A stretch of 64,000 bases of DNA from a virus: the IMG/VR virus record IMGVR_UViG_3300020048_000017, positions 64,001 to 128,000 of that record; one strand, 5' to 3'. Position numbers and translations under genes: made by a program. Positions 54,559 through 64,000 of this stretch are shown piece after piece (the first letter of the stretch is position 1; each line of letters begins with the position of its first letter). The notes below the pieces were generated by a model. That model was not told the DNA's origin. It did not search any database and saw only the letters and a program-made list of their open reading frames with translations.

Positions 54559-56180
54559 CCGATGGTTTTATCAAATAACTCTTTATGTTTAACGTAATTA
54601 TAAGACACTTTTAAATTAAACCTTTTATCGACAGATGAGAAACTATAAGACGCATCATTTATAAATCCACAACGACCAGATTCAGGTTTTTCGAGATAGT
54701 CATACCCAAGATCTAAAAAATCATTAAGCGATGGAGTCCCCGTGGAAAGTATATTTACACTTGTGGAAATCTCTGATAGAGACGAATTCCCACTTCTACA
54801 ACCCCCCACGATCTCTTCTCCAAACCCAAGAATTTTAAACGTCTGATGAAGGGCAACCCCCTCGTTAACAGATATAGAGTGTCTCACCTCGGTAAAAGGG
54901 TCGGGCACTTTGTAAGCATTATCGCAAGAATAGTCGCGAGAGTAAGAAATTTGGCCTTCTGATTCAGAATCGTTGATAGAGAATTTAATTGGAACAAATC
55001 CCGAACAACATAATTGTCCCGCACCAGAAACGATATTCGCTATTCTAGCACCAGAGTTAGTGAGCATTGACTGGTAACAGTTCTTTGCGTTAGTATACTT
55101 TTGGTTATCAGGATACGTTCTTTTACCAAGACCTTTAATCTCAACTTTTTCAGAAATAACAGCCGCGCTAGTTGAGGAATTAGAGACGTTGTGAGTAATT
55201 CTGGTAATACAACCTGTGGAAATTGAATTGTCGTTACTGTAAGTAACATCGTAATCGATCATCCCAACAAACTCGTTAAATGAAACGCTTTGATTTACTG
55301 GCGAATTTATTAGCGGGCACCCGATATCATCGACAAAATTATAGTTAGATAAGACCCCACTGCACCTTGAGAATGTCCCTACTATAGAGCCGTCATAGCC
55401 GATCAAGGCGGATGTTATTTTCGGGCGAGTCGCCGCAAGTATACTACCTTTTTCAGTAACTACGGTTGAGTTATTCTCTTTAGTAAGTGAGTGTGCATAT
55501 TTCCAGATGAAAGGATCTCCAGATTGAAAGGCGAACTTTTCAGAAAAGGTATATGCGAAATTTATCGTATCATAAGACTCTGAGTAAATTCTGTTTCCAG
55601 AGCTGTAATAGGAAGGGTAGAAAACCTCCAGATCAGAGATGTTCATTCCGTTACCGAAAATAATGTCCGCTATATTTTTTGCAGTCTGGGTAGGATTAGT
55701 CTCAACACCGCTTTCCAAGGACAAGTTAAGGCTTCGAGAGTATTCGAAAGTTTGATCGGCACCTTTGTTAAAATCCCAAGATTCGGAAAAGTTTTGAAGA
55801 AAATGAATATCTTCCGCTTGGATACCGCTTACACCAGAATAATATTCACCATATACGTTGAACAAGTCCAGCTTTTCACATACTATAAAAGAGATGGAGT
55901 ATTTCTTGTCCCTTACATCCACGCCTTGATCGTAATCTATATTAGTTATATAGCCCGACCCAAAAAGTTGACCATTAAGAAATATAGGCTCGTAGTCTTT
56001 TAAATACGAAACTTGAGAGTTTATTTGGTTAGTGATTCCCGAAACCCCAGAGAAATTTTGATAATCAGTAAGTCGCCCTTTAACTGAGTAATTTTTCTCT
56101 TTTCTATATGACAGAACGTCACCAAGACTTACTAAGTTTTGGTCAAAGGATAGAAGTTCTGCACATTCTATGGAGATCAT
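54555..56180 (-). CDS. Putative tail protein directly downstream of TMP (distal-tail position)
   Basis: 541 aa; ATGA-coupled to TMP. Confidence 0.55.
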   Translation of the reverse strand: MISIECAELLSFDQNLVSLGDVLSYRKEKNYSVKGRLTDYQNFSGVSGITNQINSQVSYLKDYEPIFLNGQLFGSGYITNIDYDQGVDVRDKKYSISFIVCEKLDLFNVYGEYYSGVSGIQAEDIHFLQNFSESWDFNKGADQTFEYSRSLNLSLESGVETNPTQTAKNIADIIFGNGMNISDLEVFYPSYYSSGNRIYSESYDTINFAYTFSEKFAFQSGDPFIWKYAHSLTKENNSTVVTEKGSILAATRPKITSALIGYDGSIVGTFSRCSGVLSNYNFVDDIGCPLINSPVNQSVSFNEFVGMIDYDVTYSNDNSISTGCITRITHNVSNSSTSAAVISEKVEIKGLGKRTYPDNQKYTNAKNCYQSMLTNSGARIANIVSGAGQLCCSGFVPIKFSINDSESEGQISYSRDYSCDNAYKVPDPFTEVRHSISVNEGVALHQTFKILGFGEEIVGGCRSGNSSLSEISTSVNILSTGTPSLNDFLDLGYDYLEKPESGRCGFINDASYSFSSVDKRFNLKVSYNYVKHKELFDKTIG

Positions 56181-59100
56181 GCCGTATTAACAACCGAAGG
56201 AGCAAGTTTGTTGTTTCTGGCGAAGTTGTCGAGACCTCTTTGAAGTTGTTCTTGAAATTTAGCAAACTCAACATTAACAAGTTTTTCAACCTCTTGATTT
56301 TGACCACCATTGAAGGAAACATTAACCTCTAAAGGTCTTCCGCCATCAAGTCTTAAAGAAGTTTGAGAAGAACCTGAGGAAGACCCTTGTTTTAGTTTTT
56401 CTATTTCTTCTTTTAGTCTGTTTAATTCAGCAGGTGTCCCGTCCTTGTTTTCGATACGATTTTGTTTTAGGTAAATAGAATCCATTACCTCTCTAGGTAG
56501 AGCTGGTTTAACAGGACTATTAGAAGGCATAGGAATTAAACTCTGCCCTTCAGACATTCTAGAAAGGTTTTCGTCAATTAATTTAAGATCAGCCTCTAGC
56601 TCTTTTATTCTATTTTGAGCTTGAGGCTTTCTTAAAACCTTTCTGTCAATACTAATATACGGATTTATATCCTGCTTACCTTCACTTCTATAAAGTGCCG
56701 ATTCCTCCGGATACGTTTCAGGCATATTACGCGCCCATTCATCTATCTTCTCATTGATCTCATTTTGTCTTTCAGGAATCACAGAAGTTCTATCAACTGC
56801 CACTAAGTTCCGCTTTAGATTTTTTATTTTTGTAGACAATTTCCACGCATATTCAATGAGGGCGTTATGTTGCTCTTCAGAATACTCTATTTTTTCAGGA
56901 GCACTATTAGGGTCACTTTTAGGGTCACTTTTTTCGACCGAGGCTTTTTCGCGAGCACTTTTTTGAGCGTTAATTTCCCCCAACTGCCCATCCAGATCAT
57001 TAATTCTATTTAAAGTATTGGCGACTTTATCACCCTCCATTCCAAAGTTTTCTTTAACAACTCCAGCTCCAGAAAATGTATCAAAAGCAACAGGGTTTTT
57101 AACCGGATCGTTAAGCAAAGCATTTCTTTTCATAACTTGTTGGGCCGCCGCTTTTCCCAATTGAGTATCAGATGTTCCTCCAGCTCTTTTTTGAGCAGCT
57201 TCGTCGGCAGTATCTTGAATAATTCTACTCTTGCGTTCTCGCTCTTCTTTGGTGGCGTTTGCGTTAGCTATAATTTTATTATAAGCTTCCTTACGTTTAT
57301 CCTCTGGGGTCTTATATTGATCAAGAGGATTTGGAACAGCAGGAGTAGGAATTGTAGGAGCAGGAACCGCAGGAGCAGGAACCGCAGGAGTAGGAGCAGG
57401 AGCAGGAACCGCAGGAGCAGGAGTAGGAGCAGGAACCGCAGGAGTAGGAGCAGGAATTGTAGGGGCAGGAGCGGGAATTGTAGGGGCAGGAGTAGGAATT
57501 GTAGGAGTGGGAATTGTAGGGGCAGGAGTAGTTTTGTTACCACACTCGCACGCTTGTATTTCTTTTATTAAATCAGTTAAACGCTTATTAGAAATCTCTT
57601 TTAAGATTTTAATTATTTCTTTATTTTCATTAGAATTGTCATTACTAAATTTTTGAGTGATATTTATCAATCTCGATTCTTCAGAATGACCACCGACAGG
57701 AACGACCCCTCCAGCGGCAACTTTTGAAACTTTACCTAAGCTTTTTAAATTTTGAAGACCGCCGATTCTCTTCAACATATCTCGGTTAAAGATAGAATCC
57801 TGACCAGATCCTTGGAAATTCTCAACTAAGAATTCGTCCGTATTTGCAGTGACTCCATTTTTTAACAACACCGGAGAAGCTGAGGGCCTAGCTCCTCCTA
57901 CACCACTATTTATAAAGGATTTTTCTAATACTTTCGGCAACATTCCTCCAGCCGAAACTTTCGAGACGCTACCCATATTTTGAAGGTTTTTAAATCCGCC
58001 AATATTACGAACCATTTCTCTATTAAAGATGGCGTCTTTTTTCGACCCTCTAAAATTCCTAACCAGATATTCGTCAGTGTTAGCAACGATGCTTTCTTTT
58101 CCGCTTCCGGTGTTAACTCCATTCAGTAAAACTGGTTTGGCGGAAGACCTAGCCCCACCAACTCCTTTAGAGATTAAAGAGCTTTCCAAATCCATTGGAA
58201 GAAATCCAGATGCAAGAGACGGCGTGGCGGGGACTTGTAGTTGGGTCCGTAATGTTCTTGTTTTTTCTATTTCCCTTTCTAAAACTTTTTCAAGTGATTC
58301 AATTTCTTTCTCTAATTCTTTAATTCTTTCTGGAGAGGCTTTAGGAGCCTTTTCAATCTTCGTATTAACACCGTAACCAGTTGCTATAGATGTAGTTTCG
58401 TCACGTTCTGCTTTCGCAGCTTCGATTCTGGAAGTTAAGTTTCTTTGACTTATAATAGAATTCGACACTTTTTCTTGAACATTTTTTATCTTGACTTCTT
58501 CAAGAGCTTTTCTTCTTCCGCTGACCGAATTTTCAGACTCAATAAACTCATTTTGCAGGGCTCCGAATTTGTCATCGATTGCTTGTAAGAAATCTGCGGC
58601 ATCTTCTGTGTTTTGTCTTATTTGATCTTGAACATCTTTTTGCCCAGCTAGAGCAATCATTGCGTCAGCAGCTTCGCTTAAAGCGTTCTTTCCAGATTCT
58701 TTATCGATAACAGCTTCTCCGAAATCAGAAATTCCGCTTTCATCATTATCAGCCCTTACTCTAGAGATATTTTTCTCAGCTTCAGACTTTGATCCTTTTA
58801 AAAGATTGAAATCTAATACAGATTGTTTATCTTTTGATTTGGAAATTATGTCTCCTAGAGGATCTAGACTTATACTTTCGAGAGGGACTCCAGATTTTAA
58901 AGCATTTTCGATTTCCTGTGTGATTTTTTTGAAATCTTCCCTCTTAGAAACATCGCTTGGGGTTCCGCTTTTGAATTTTGAAAAATCATTTTGGAAAGAG
59001 GACCTAGCTTGTGTTGAAACTAAATTAGCTAAATCTTTAGCAGCAGTTTTTCCTTCAGGGAAAAGTTTAGATATTTGATCTTTTGCGTCTTTACCCAGAG

Positions 59101-62100
59101 CTTCTTTATCTCCGCCTTTTGCAAGACCCTCTTCTAATTTTGACAAAATGGTAGTCCCCGCAGAGTCTACATCTTCTCTAACAAGTCCATTAGAAATCCT
59201 TTCGAGCAAATCATTAAGCCTCGCCGAGATAAGTTTTTTAGATATCTCAAAGCCCTTTTCGTTAAAAGATTGGGTAGCCTCTTTGTCTTTAGGTTTGTCA
59301 CCTGATATAAATTCGTTAGCACTTAATCTGGCTTCGAAAAGCTTATTACCAGCCTCAAAAGGGTTACCCTTCGATACCGCGCCCAGCCCACCAAATAAGT
59401 TGGCAGTATTGGATTTTCTTATTCTTTCAAGGCTCGCAAATAGCTTCTCCCTTACTTTAGTAAGACTGTCTTCTAAATCTAAACCCGTCGAAGAAACTTG
59501 TTCTATAACTTCTGCTGTGCCAATTTGTTCTTCGTTAGAGGCATCTTCAACAACGGTCATTAAACCCTTTAAGCCTATATCCCCATTTTTAAAATCGGAA
59601 AAAAGATCGTTAATTCCCTTAACTCTTTCTTGCAATTCCTTTTGAGAAATTCTAGCTTCGCTTCCTGACTGACCAGCCTGACTTACTAGGCTTTCTTTTA
59701 AATTAAATGTTTTAGACCTAGCTTCGTTGATAGCTTCCGCTTTAGCAACAGCAGCCTCAACAAAACTATCAGCAACAGAGTTTGCTCCAGATTCGAAATT
59801 ATTGGTAGCTCTGAAAGATTTTAAAGAAAATTCTCGGTCAGCATTATTATTTAAAATTTTTGCAGAAAGGCTAACTCCTTTAGAAAAGTCTTGCAGTTTT
59901 TCTTTAGCTACAACTACAGCTTTAGCAACATCGTTTTCAGCTTCTACCCTTCTTTGGTTTATCGCTAAAGTTTTAAGATCGAGAGCTAAAGTTTCAGCAA
60001 GAATACCTTTGCTTTGACCTAACTTTTCAGACCATTCTGCAACAGTAGTCGCGGCATTATCCAGACCAAGGCCTTTCAATAGATCTTCAAAAGAACCCCC
60101 TTCTTGTAAGAATTTGTCTACGACAGGTTCAGCAGATATTGCGTTACTTGGACCAACCCCCCTGATTAGTTCGGAAATGATTTCAGAAGATGCGGAGTCG
60201 TAGCCGATACCTTTTAAATTTTCGTCCTTGCCACTAAATAATCTAGAGATTTTTGTAACTCCGTCTATCCTTTGGTCGTCCAAAGTTCTGAGCAAGGCTC
60301 CGAACTCCTTTTGAGAAACTGTTTTTCTAGAAGGATCGGAAATTTCTTCGAGAGCCTTTTGGAACTCGCTAAATTGATCTATTCCTTTGTCAGTCTCCTC
60401 TTTTGTAAACTGTCTTTCACTAATTCCAATTACTTTATTGCGAAGACCATCGTCTTTTATTTCAAATAAAGATTCTAGGGATTTAGAGGTTAACTCTTGT
60501 ATAGAAGAGGAGCTGGCCCCAGATTTAATAGCATCGTTAAGTTGATTTAAAGAAGTGATATATCCACGAACAGAATTAACCACTTCGTTAGTTGAATTTG
60601 CTTCCTCTTGAGCTTCTCTTTTTAAAGTTTCTGCCGACTTACCTACAGTAGAGTTATAGTCAACCACTCCTTTTAGGGCAATTCCCAGACCGGCAGCAGC
60701 AGCAGCGATTAAGCCGATTTGGTTAGGGAATGTAGCAAAAATTGCAGTAGCGGTAGACAGGGAGTTTGTCCAAGTTTCTATTTTTTGTTGCCCACCTTCG
60801 TCCGCCTCTTTTTTTAAAGCCTCTCCAGCTAAGGGGATTAAGAAGGACGCTCCGAAAGCTCCCATTTGACCCCTTTGTAAAGCGGCTCCGTATTTTGCAG
60901 ATCTTTGAGCTTTTAGTTCTTGGGCCTTTATTTTTTCCGATCTAAGGTCATTTCTACGATTTCTTTCTGCAATTCTGGAAGAAAGCGTGTCGTTATAACC
61001 CTGAGTGCCAAAAACTGGTCTATTAGGATCTATGTTACGAGTCTGCCTTGCAGCTTGTCTTTGTAAATCCTGATTAGTTTTAAAATCCTTACGAGCTTTT
61101 TCTAACTCCTCGGCATCGAGCTTAGCATTAATAGCATCAAGTTGTGCTTTTTTAGCTCTCTTCTTTCTCAAAACATCCTCTGGGTCATCGGGGGGTTTCG
61201 GAGGAACAGGCCCTTGCATACGACCTTCGTTAATAAGATCTTGCTCGACTTGTTTTTTAATAGCTTCGTTTTGAAGTTTTAATTCAGCCTTCTTTCTAGT
61301 CTCGTCATAAGTAAGAAGTCCCGTATTTGTAGGCGCGGCGGTTCCAGCGGCAATTTTAGCCTTAGCTCTTAAAGATTCGTTTCTCTTCTTGTCCGTTTCC
61401 TCTTGGGTAAACTTCTTAAGAAGAGCAGCTTCTTCTAGTCTAGAAGACCTTTTAGCCGTAACGGCTTTCAACCTAGCTTCGTATTCAGGTGTGCCCTTAG
61501 AGGTTAACGGTAATACCCCTCCAGACCTTTTAGATCTAGCAGCTTCGAAAGCTTTCTTAGCGGCTAATATGGGTTTTTTCTCTTCTCTGGTTCGTCTGCC
61601 AAGTTCAGTAGAAACAATTTTAGACTCTTTTGAAATTCTTTCTAAAGTTTTTGCGTTAGCTTTTTCTTTTCTAGCAAGGGTTTTAACGGTAGCGTCAAAA
61701 GTTTCTTTCTGCGCTAAGAGTTTTTCTTTTTTGGCTGGCTTAAGAGCATCTGTTTTAGTAAGATTACTTAACTCCATAAAAGAGTCTTGTTCTAATTGAT
61801 TAGAAATAATAGACGCTTTTTTTCTAGCAGAAGCCAAAATCTTTTGGTTTCGCTTTAACTCTTTCGCCATTAATTTATTAGCTTCAGAGTATTCTTTTAA
61901 ATTTTTAGCAAGCCCAATAGTTTCCTTTTCTACTTTAATAATACCTTTAGGGCCTCTTAATGGAACGTTTCCACCAGCTAAATTAGGGGTAAATCCACCA
62001 GCAGAAACTCTAGATACATCACCAAGGAATTTTAAATTTTTAAGCCCCCCAACGCTTCTTAACATGTCTTTATTAAAGACTGCGTCAGCACCAGATCCGT

Positions 62101-63883
62101 TATAATTTTTAATTATGTATTCATCGGTATTCGCTACAATAGTTTCTTTCCCCGCACCAGTGTTAAAACCTTTCACGACCACTGGCTTAGCGGAACTAGA
62201 AGCTCCCCCAACACCCTTTTTGATCATCTGGGACTCCTGATCAAAAGCTTGTGGTAAAAATCCTCCTGCGGCTCTTCTCACGGGCCTAGTGGGAATAGGT
62301 CTTCCCGTCGCAGCTCTGTTGACGTTAGTCGTCGTAGCCGCGAAGTAAGCCGCCTGTGCTCGCGTTTCCTGAGTAATCATTTTCATGACCCTCAAAATAG
62401 CTTGAGCTTGTTGCTCTTCAGTTTTAGCGGCAGAAATAATCGCTATATGAGATTCGTTCTGACTGTTTAAAACAGCTTCAATTTGAGCTTGGGTAATTGC
62501 ATATTTATTAGTGAATCCTCCAATAGCAGCAAGATCTTTAAGCGCTCCGCTAAAACCTACCGAGAAAGACTTGCCTATTTTGAACAAGGCCCCACCTAAA
62601 AGAACAAGGGCTGGTCCAGAAATAAACTCTCCGATACCCTTCAGGAGGATTTCCCCAATACCGCCATCTTTAAACTTTTCAAATTCTGCAAAAACTGTAT
62701 TTAATCCTCCTAAAATATTTCTAACTAAAGGCTCAATAGTTAAAGACCCCATCCCCGAATTAAATTGTTGGAGATTATTCTGGGTTCTAATGAAAAGTGC
62801 GTCAAGCGTTTCGTTAAGAATAGCAGTTCTTGTAGCAGCTTGGTTAGTAGAATTATTAGCAATATTTAAAGCCCCAGCGTAAACAGAATACTCAGAACTT
62901 AAATCCGCTAAAAGAGCTTGAAGAGTGTTAACTTGATAAATACCAGCAGTAGCTTCGGTGACCGAAGATTTTTGTGAAGAGCTTAAAGTTTGGAACTTTT
63001 TAGATAAGTCTGTTAAGATATCCAGAACGGGAAGGGTATCACCCTCCAAGTTTCTCACCGCAACTCCTAGACCCTCTAAAAGATCCAAGGTCTCCGAAGA
63101 CTTAGTTCTAGTAAAAATAGATTTAAGACCGTTACCAATAACCGCACCACCACGCGCAGTTCTTTCCTGAAGTGCGGTAATTATTGAAATAAGTTGGTTG
63201 AACTCAACGCCAGATTCAGCAGCGGCAGCGCCAGTTCTCTGAAGAGCATTTGCTAAGTCGTTTTCTGCAACAGCGTATGCGGCAGAAACACTCGCAAGTC
63301 TTTCGACAGCATCTGTAGAATTTAAAGCCTCGTTTCTGAAAGTGTTAACAATAGCAGTTAAAGAAGACACTGCGTCGGCAGTGCTAATTCCAGAAAGCCT
63401 AACGAGAGTTAAAGCGTCTTTAGTTCTTACTAAAGTATCATTTAAGTTTAGACCCTGTCTGGCAAATTCGTTAGCTACATCTGCCGCTGCCGAGAAAGCC
63501 GTGCCAGTTTGGTTAGCTACTTGGAAAACATCTTTTTGAAACTGTTTAAAGTTTCCAGAACTAGCTTGCAAAATAGATTGGATTTGAGCAAATGCAAGTT
63601 CAGTTTCTCTTACAGATTGAACCAGCGCTACGAAAGCTCTTTGAGTCCCGTAGATAGCAGATGAAACAGAAGCGATAGAAACAAATACTTCAGCAGACCT
63701 AGAGAGAGATTTTGATAATCTTTCACTTTGAACAGTAAGGCTAGATAGGGATCTACTTGCTTTTGAAGAACTTATAGAAAGTCCGTTGGAATTTATTTCA
63801 TTTTGGAGACGCGCATACGCAGCTCTGACGTCCCTCACCATAGGGGACACATCCGCACCAATGCTTAGAATTCCGTCTGCCAT
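56177..63883 (-). CDS. Tail tape measure protein (TP901-like N-terminus), 2568 aa
   Basis: ETELAFAQIQSIL..ANEFARQGL..ALTLVRLSG..TARGGAVIGNGLKSIFTR; long Ala/Leu/Lys helical body. Confidence 0.9.
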   Translation of the reverse strand: MADGILSIGADVSPMVRDVRAAYARLQNEINSNGLSISSSKASRSLSSLTVQSERLSKSLSRSAEVFVSIASVSSAIYGTQRAFVALVQSVRETELAFAQIQSILQASSGNFKQFQKDVFQVANQTGTAFSAAADVANEFARQGLNLNDTLVRTKDALTLVRLSGISTADAVSSLTAIVNTFRNEALNSTDAVERLASVSAAYAVAENDLANALQRTGAAAAESGVEFNQLISIITALQERTARGGAVIGNGLKSIFTRTKSSETLDLLEGLGVAVRNLEGDTLPVLDILTDLSKKFQTLSSSQKSSVTEATAGIYQVNTLQALLADLSSEYSVYAGALNIANNSTNQAATRTAILNETLDALFIRTQNNLQQFNSGMGSLTIEPLVRNILGGLNTVFAEFEKFKDGGIGEILLKGIGEFISGPALVLLGGALFKIGKSFSVGFSGALKDLAAIGGFTNKYAITQAQIEAVLNSQNESHIAIISAAKTEEQQAQAILRVMKMITQETRAQAAYFAATTTNVNRAATGRPIPTRPVRRAAGGFLPQAFDQESQMIKKGVGGASSSAKPVVVKGFNTGAGKETIVANTDEYIIKNYNGSGADAVFNKDMLRSVGGLKNLKFLGDVSRVSAGGFTPNLAGGNVPLRGPKGIIKVEKETIGLAKNLKEYSEANKLMAKELKRNQKILASARKKASIISNQLEQDSFMELSNLTKTDALKPAKKEKLLAQKETFDATVKTLARKEKANAKTLERISKESKIVSTELGRRTREEKKPILAAKKAFEAARSKRSGGVLPLTSKGTPEYEARLKAVTAKRSSRLEEAALLKKFTQEETDKKRNESLRAKAKIAAGTAAPTNTGLLTYDETRKKAELKLQNEAIKKQVEQDLINEGRMQGPVPPKPPDDPEDVLRKKRAKKAQLDAINAKLDAEELEKARKDFKTNQDLQRQAARQTRNIDPNRPVFGTQGYNDTLSSRIAERNRRNDLRSEKIKAQELKAQRSAKYGAALQRGQMGAFGASFLIPLAGEALKKEADEGGQQKIETWTNSLSTATAIFATFPNQIGLIAAAAAGLGIALKGVVDYNSTVGKSAETLKREAQEEANSTNEVVNSVRGYITSLNQLNDAIKSGASSSSIQELTSKSLESLFEIKDDGLRNKVIGISERQFTKEETDKGIDQFSEFQKALEEISDPSRKTVSQKEFGALLRTLDDQRIDGVTKISRLFSGKDENLKGIGYDSASSEIISELIRGVGPSNAISAEPVVDKFLQEGGSFEDLLKGLGLDNAATTVAEWSEKLGQSKGILAETLALDLKTLAINQRRVEAENDVAKAVVVAKEKLQDFSKGVSLSAKILNNNADREFSLKSFRATNNFESGANSVADSFVEAAVAKAEAINEARSKTFNLKESLVSQAGQSGSEARISQKELQERVKGINDLFSDFKNGDIGLKGLMTVVEDASNEEQIGTAEVIEQVSSTGLDLEDSLTKVREKLFASLERIRKSNTANLFGGLGAVSKGNPFEAGNKLFEARLSANEFISGDKPKDKEATQSFNEKGFEISKKLISARLNDLLERISNGLVREDVDSAGTTILSKLEEGLAKGGDKEALGKDAKDQISKLFPEGKTAAKDLANLVSTQARSSFQNDFSKFKSGTPSDVSKREDFKKITQEIENALKSGVPLESISLDPLGDIISKSKDKQSVLDFNLLKGSKSEAEKNISRVRADNDESGISDFGEAVIDKESGKNALSEAADAMIALAGQKDVQDQIRQNTEDAADFLQAIDDKFGALQNEFIESENSVSGRRKALEEVKIKNVQEKVSNSIISQRNLTSRIEAAKAERDETTSIATGYGVNTKIEKAPKASPERIKELEKEIESLEKVLEREIEKTRTLRTQLQVPATPSLASGFLPMDLESSLISKGVGGARSSAKPVLLNGVNTGSGKESIVANTDEYLVRNFRGSKKDAIFNREMVRNIGGFKNLQNMGSVSKVSAGGMLPKVLEKSFINSGVGGARPSASPVLLKNGVTANTDEFLVENFQGSGQDSIFNRDMLKRIGGLQNLKSLGKVSKVAAGGVVPVGGHSEESRLINITQKFSNDNSNENKEIIKILKEISNKRLTDLIKEIQACECGNKTTPAPTIPTPTIPTPAPTIPAPAPTIPAPTPAVPAPTPAPAVPAPAPTPAVPAPAVPAPTIPTPAVPNPLDQYKTPEDKRKEAYNKIIANANATKEERERKSRIIQDTADEAAQKRAGGTSDTQLGKAAAQQVMKRNALLNDPVKNPVAFDTFSGAGVVKENFGMEGDKVANTLNRINDLDGQLGEINAQKSAREKASVEKSDPKSDPNSAPEKIEYSEEQHNALIEYAWKLSTKIKNLKRNLVAVDRTSVIPERQNEINEKIDEWARNMPETYPEESALYRSEGKQDINPYISIDRKVLRKPQAQNRIKELEADLKLIDENLSRMSEGQSLIPMPSNSPVKPALPREVMDSIYLKQNRIENKDGTPAELNRLKEEIEKLKQGSSSGSSQTSLRLDGGRPLEVNVSFNGGQNQEVEKLVNVEFAKFQEQLQRGLDNFARNNKLAPSVVNTA
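57332..57530 (-). repeat. Tandem Pro-rich microrepeat (PAPTIP/PAVP) within TMP
   Basis: Degenerate GCAGGA/GTAGGA units on + strand encoding TPAPTIPTPTIPTPAPTIPAPAPTIPAPTPAVPAP. Confidence 0.9.
57704..62272 (-). repeat. Three copies of an ~80-95 aa domain in TMP
   Basis: Copies at 61991-62272, 57941-58213 and 57704-57940 share GG.LP..GVGGA..SA.PV..ANTDE(Y/F)..N..G..D..FN..M..GG..NL..V.AGG. Confidence 0.9.
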
Positions 63884-63901
63884 ACCTTATACCTTATAGT
63901 A

Positions 63902-63908
63902 ATTACAC
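63902..63908 (-). promoter_or_regulatory. GTGTAAT upstream motif before TMP
   Basis: GTGTAATTACTATAAGGTATAAGGT-ATG; similar spacing (GTGTAT, 21 nt) before ATG 52882. Confidence 0.4.
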
Positions 63909-64000
63909 TTTTTTAACTGTGTAATCTCATTAAAGTCTCCATATCTACTATTCCATTATTATTTAGCGCCGCTTTTTTAATTTCTGAGTCCATGTCTTTA

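Noticed and set aside
57137-57571. Plus-strand RSRNRR-rich ORF and alternative-frame LLLRF ORF (57268-57543)
   Set aside because: Both are shadows of the Pro-rich tandem repeat inside the TMP.
57704-62272. TMP repeats as a DGR template/variable pair
   Set aside because: Copies differ at all base types, largely synonymously rather than only at adenines, and there is no reverse transcriptase in the window.
2861-63539. Numerous 60-165 aa plus-strand ORFs in the track
   Set aside because: They are antisense to well-supported minus-strand genes, with no recognisable motifs or start signals.
1-63999. Stop-codon reassignment, CRISPR arrays, tRNA genes
   Set aside because: Code 11 gives long, tightly abutting ORFs with intact conserved motifs; no regularly spaced direct repeats or tRNA T-loop/acceptor patterns were seen by eye.
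63912-63999. C-terminus of a tail assembly chaperone upstream of the TMP (MDSEIKKAALNNNGIVDMETLMRLHS)
   Set aside because: Too little sequence, and an in-frame TAA at the window edge prevents a confident call.

Overview
About 64 kb of a large AT-rich tailed dsDNA phage genome, read in standard code 11 and almost entirely on the minus strand. No capsid, terminase, tRNA, CRISPR or RT gene is visible. In transcription order (right to left) the modules are: (1) a tail module (63883-43243) with a 2568-aa tape measure protein and seven large structural ORFs; (2) a ~350-nt promoter-preceded, highly base-paired non-coding region (43200-42850); (3) nucleotide metabolism and replication (dNMP kinase, SSB, NrdB/NrdA, MazG-like, RecA, DnaB, primase, Cas4/RecB-like nuclease, and a Pol III alpha in pieces: stand-alone PHP, a DnaQ-like exonuclease between them, then DnaE-N and DnaE-C joined by a naturally split intein with a homing endonuclease gene inserted between the halves); (4) an accessory region with about seven glycosyltransferase-like genes, methyltransferases, a cytidylyltransferase, rmlA/rmlB, NADAR and macrodomain proteins, a Prs-like + NAMPT-like pair (NARP1-type NAD+ rebuilding), two RNA ligases and an RlaP-type nucleotidyltransferase. 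The left end holds a plus-strand endolysin and GT2, and a truncated ion-channel-like ORF at the window edge. The strongest novelty candidates are the structured RNA, a possible virion-glycosylation system (the GT set plus Ser/Thr-Gly-enriched tail proteins), and the fractured polymerase. All family calls come from motif recognition by eye; no searches were run.
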